Sequence record: LC680885.1
Direction: 5' to 3' (one strand)
DNA: 64,000 bases
Both the position numbers and the translations under genes were made by a program. The notes beneath the pieces are model-generated. The model saw only the letters and a list, made by a program, of their open reading frames with translations. It had not been told where the DNA came from and did no database searches. The number at the start of each line of letters is the position of its first letter. Position 1 is the first letter of the stretch. Below are positions 63,663 to 64,000 of this stretch, piece by piece.

Positions 63663-64000
63663 TTCCTTTTTATTAATTAAAAATTAATTAATTTATTATA
63701 TTTATATTCTTTATTTATTAAAAATTCTTTAATTAAAAATATATTTATTAAAAATTTATTAATAATATTTATATTAATTAAAATTTAATAATTAAAAATA
63801 AATAAACTACCCCCTAAATCCCCCTTCTTGTAAAACAAATTCCAAACTATATATTAAATTATTAGCTCAGAAAATTAAAAATTTTTACTAAATAATATAT
63901 CTGTTACAAAATGTATTAATCTAATACAGATATATTAATATTAAAAAACTAAAAATTTGAATTAATATATTTATATTTAAATATAAATATATTAATTCTT

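Noticed and set aside
63809-63825. G-quadruplex on the minus strand
   Set aside because: Only two G-runs, not enough for an intramolecular quadruplex.
1-64000. tRNA/rRNA genes and alternative genetic code
   Set aside because: No cloverleaf or T-loop consensus recognised in intergenic gaps; code-11 ORFs tile the sequence densely with intact conserved proteins.

Overview
Very AT-rich, densely coding 64-kb segment of a phiKZ/AR9-related jumbo myophage that infects a low-GC Gram-positive host. The host is most probably Staphylococcus; this is inferred from the phi11-type holin and the siphovirus-like tail/lysis genes. Recognisable core genes: three pieces of a split multisubunit RNA polymerase (beta-C 5704-7845, beta-N 21380-23002, beta'-N with catalytic DYDGD 23002-24312), UvsX/RecA recombinase, NAD-dependent DNA ligase, Zn-finger/Toprim primase, HU-like protein, RusA resolvase, an HNH-like protein and a membrane-embedded processive GT2 glycosyltransferase cut by the window start. 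Bases 1-44.6 kb are almost all plus-strand accessory genes. Many are driven by a recurrent TATATATTAT motif followed by a 5' stem-loop. Bases 44.7-60.7 kb are a minus-strand block: two large tail-fibre-like proteins with repeated carbohydrate-binding-like modules, and a siphovirus-like DUF1617 / tail / CD1375-like / DUF2951-like / holin run with no adjacent endolysin. Most striking unexplained signal: about 19 proteins of 142-629 aa, mostly unrelated in their bodies and arranged in three arrays, end in the same ~17-residue C-terminal motif (E-I-T/S-E-K-E-Y-K-x-x-x-V/I-K-x-x-F-K-stop). Many also begin with M-(E/D)-K-Y-Y/F. This suggests a shared sorting or docking tag, or a split scaffold carrying variable payloads. 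Also seen: twin sigmaA-like promoters before uvsX and the RNAP operon, an 89-bp perfect intergenic repeat, an RBS-sequestering hairpin, and a candidate leaderless 40-aa peptide gene. No tRNA, rRNA, CRISPR array, intron or transposase was recognised. All family assignments come from motif recognition by eye; no database searches were run.
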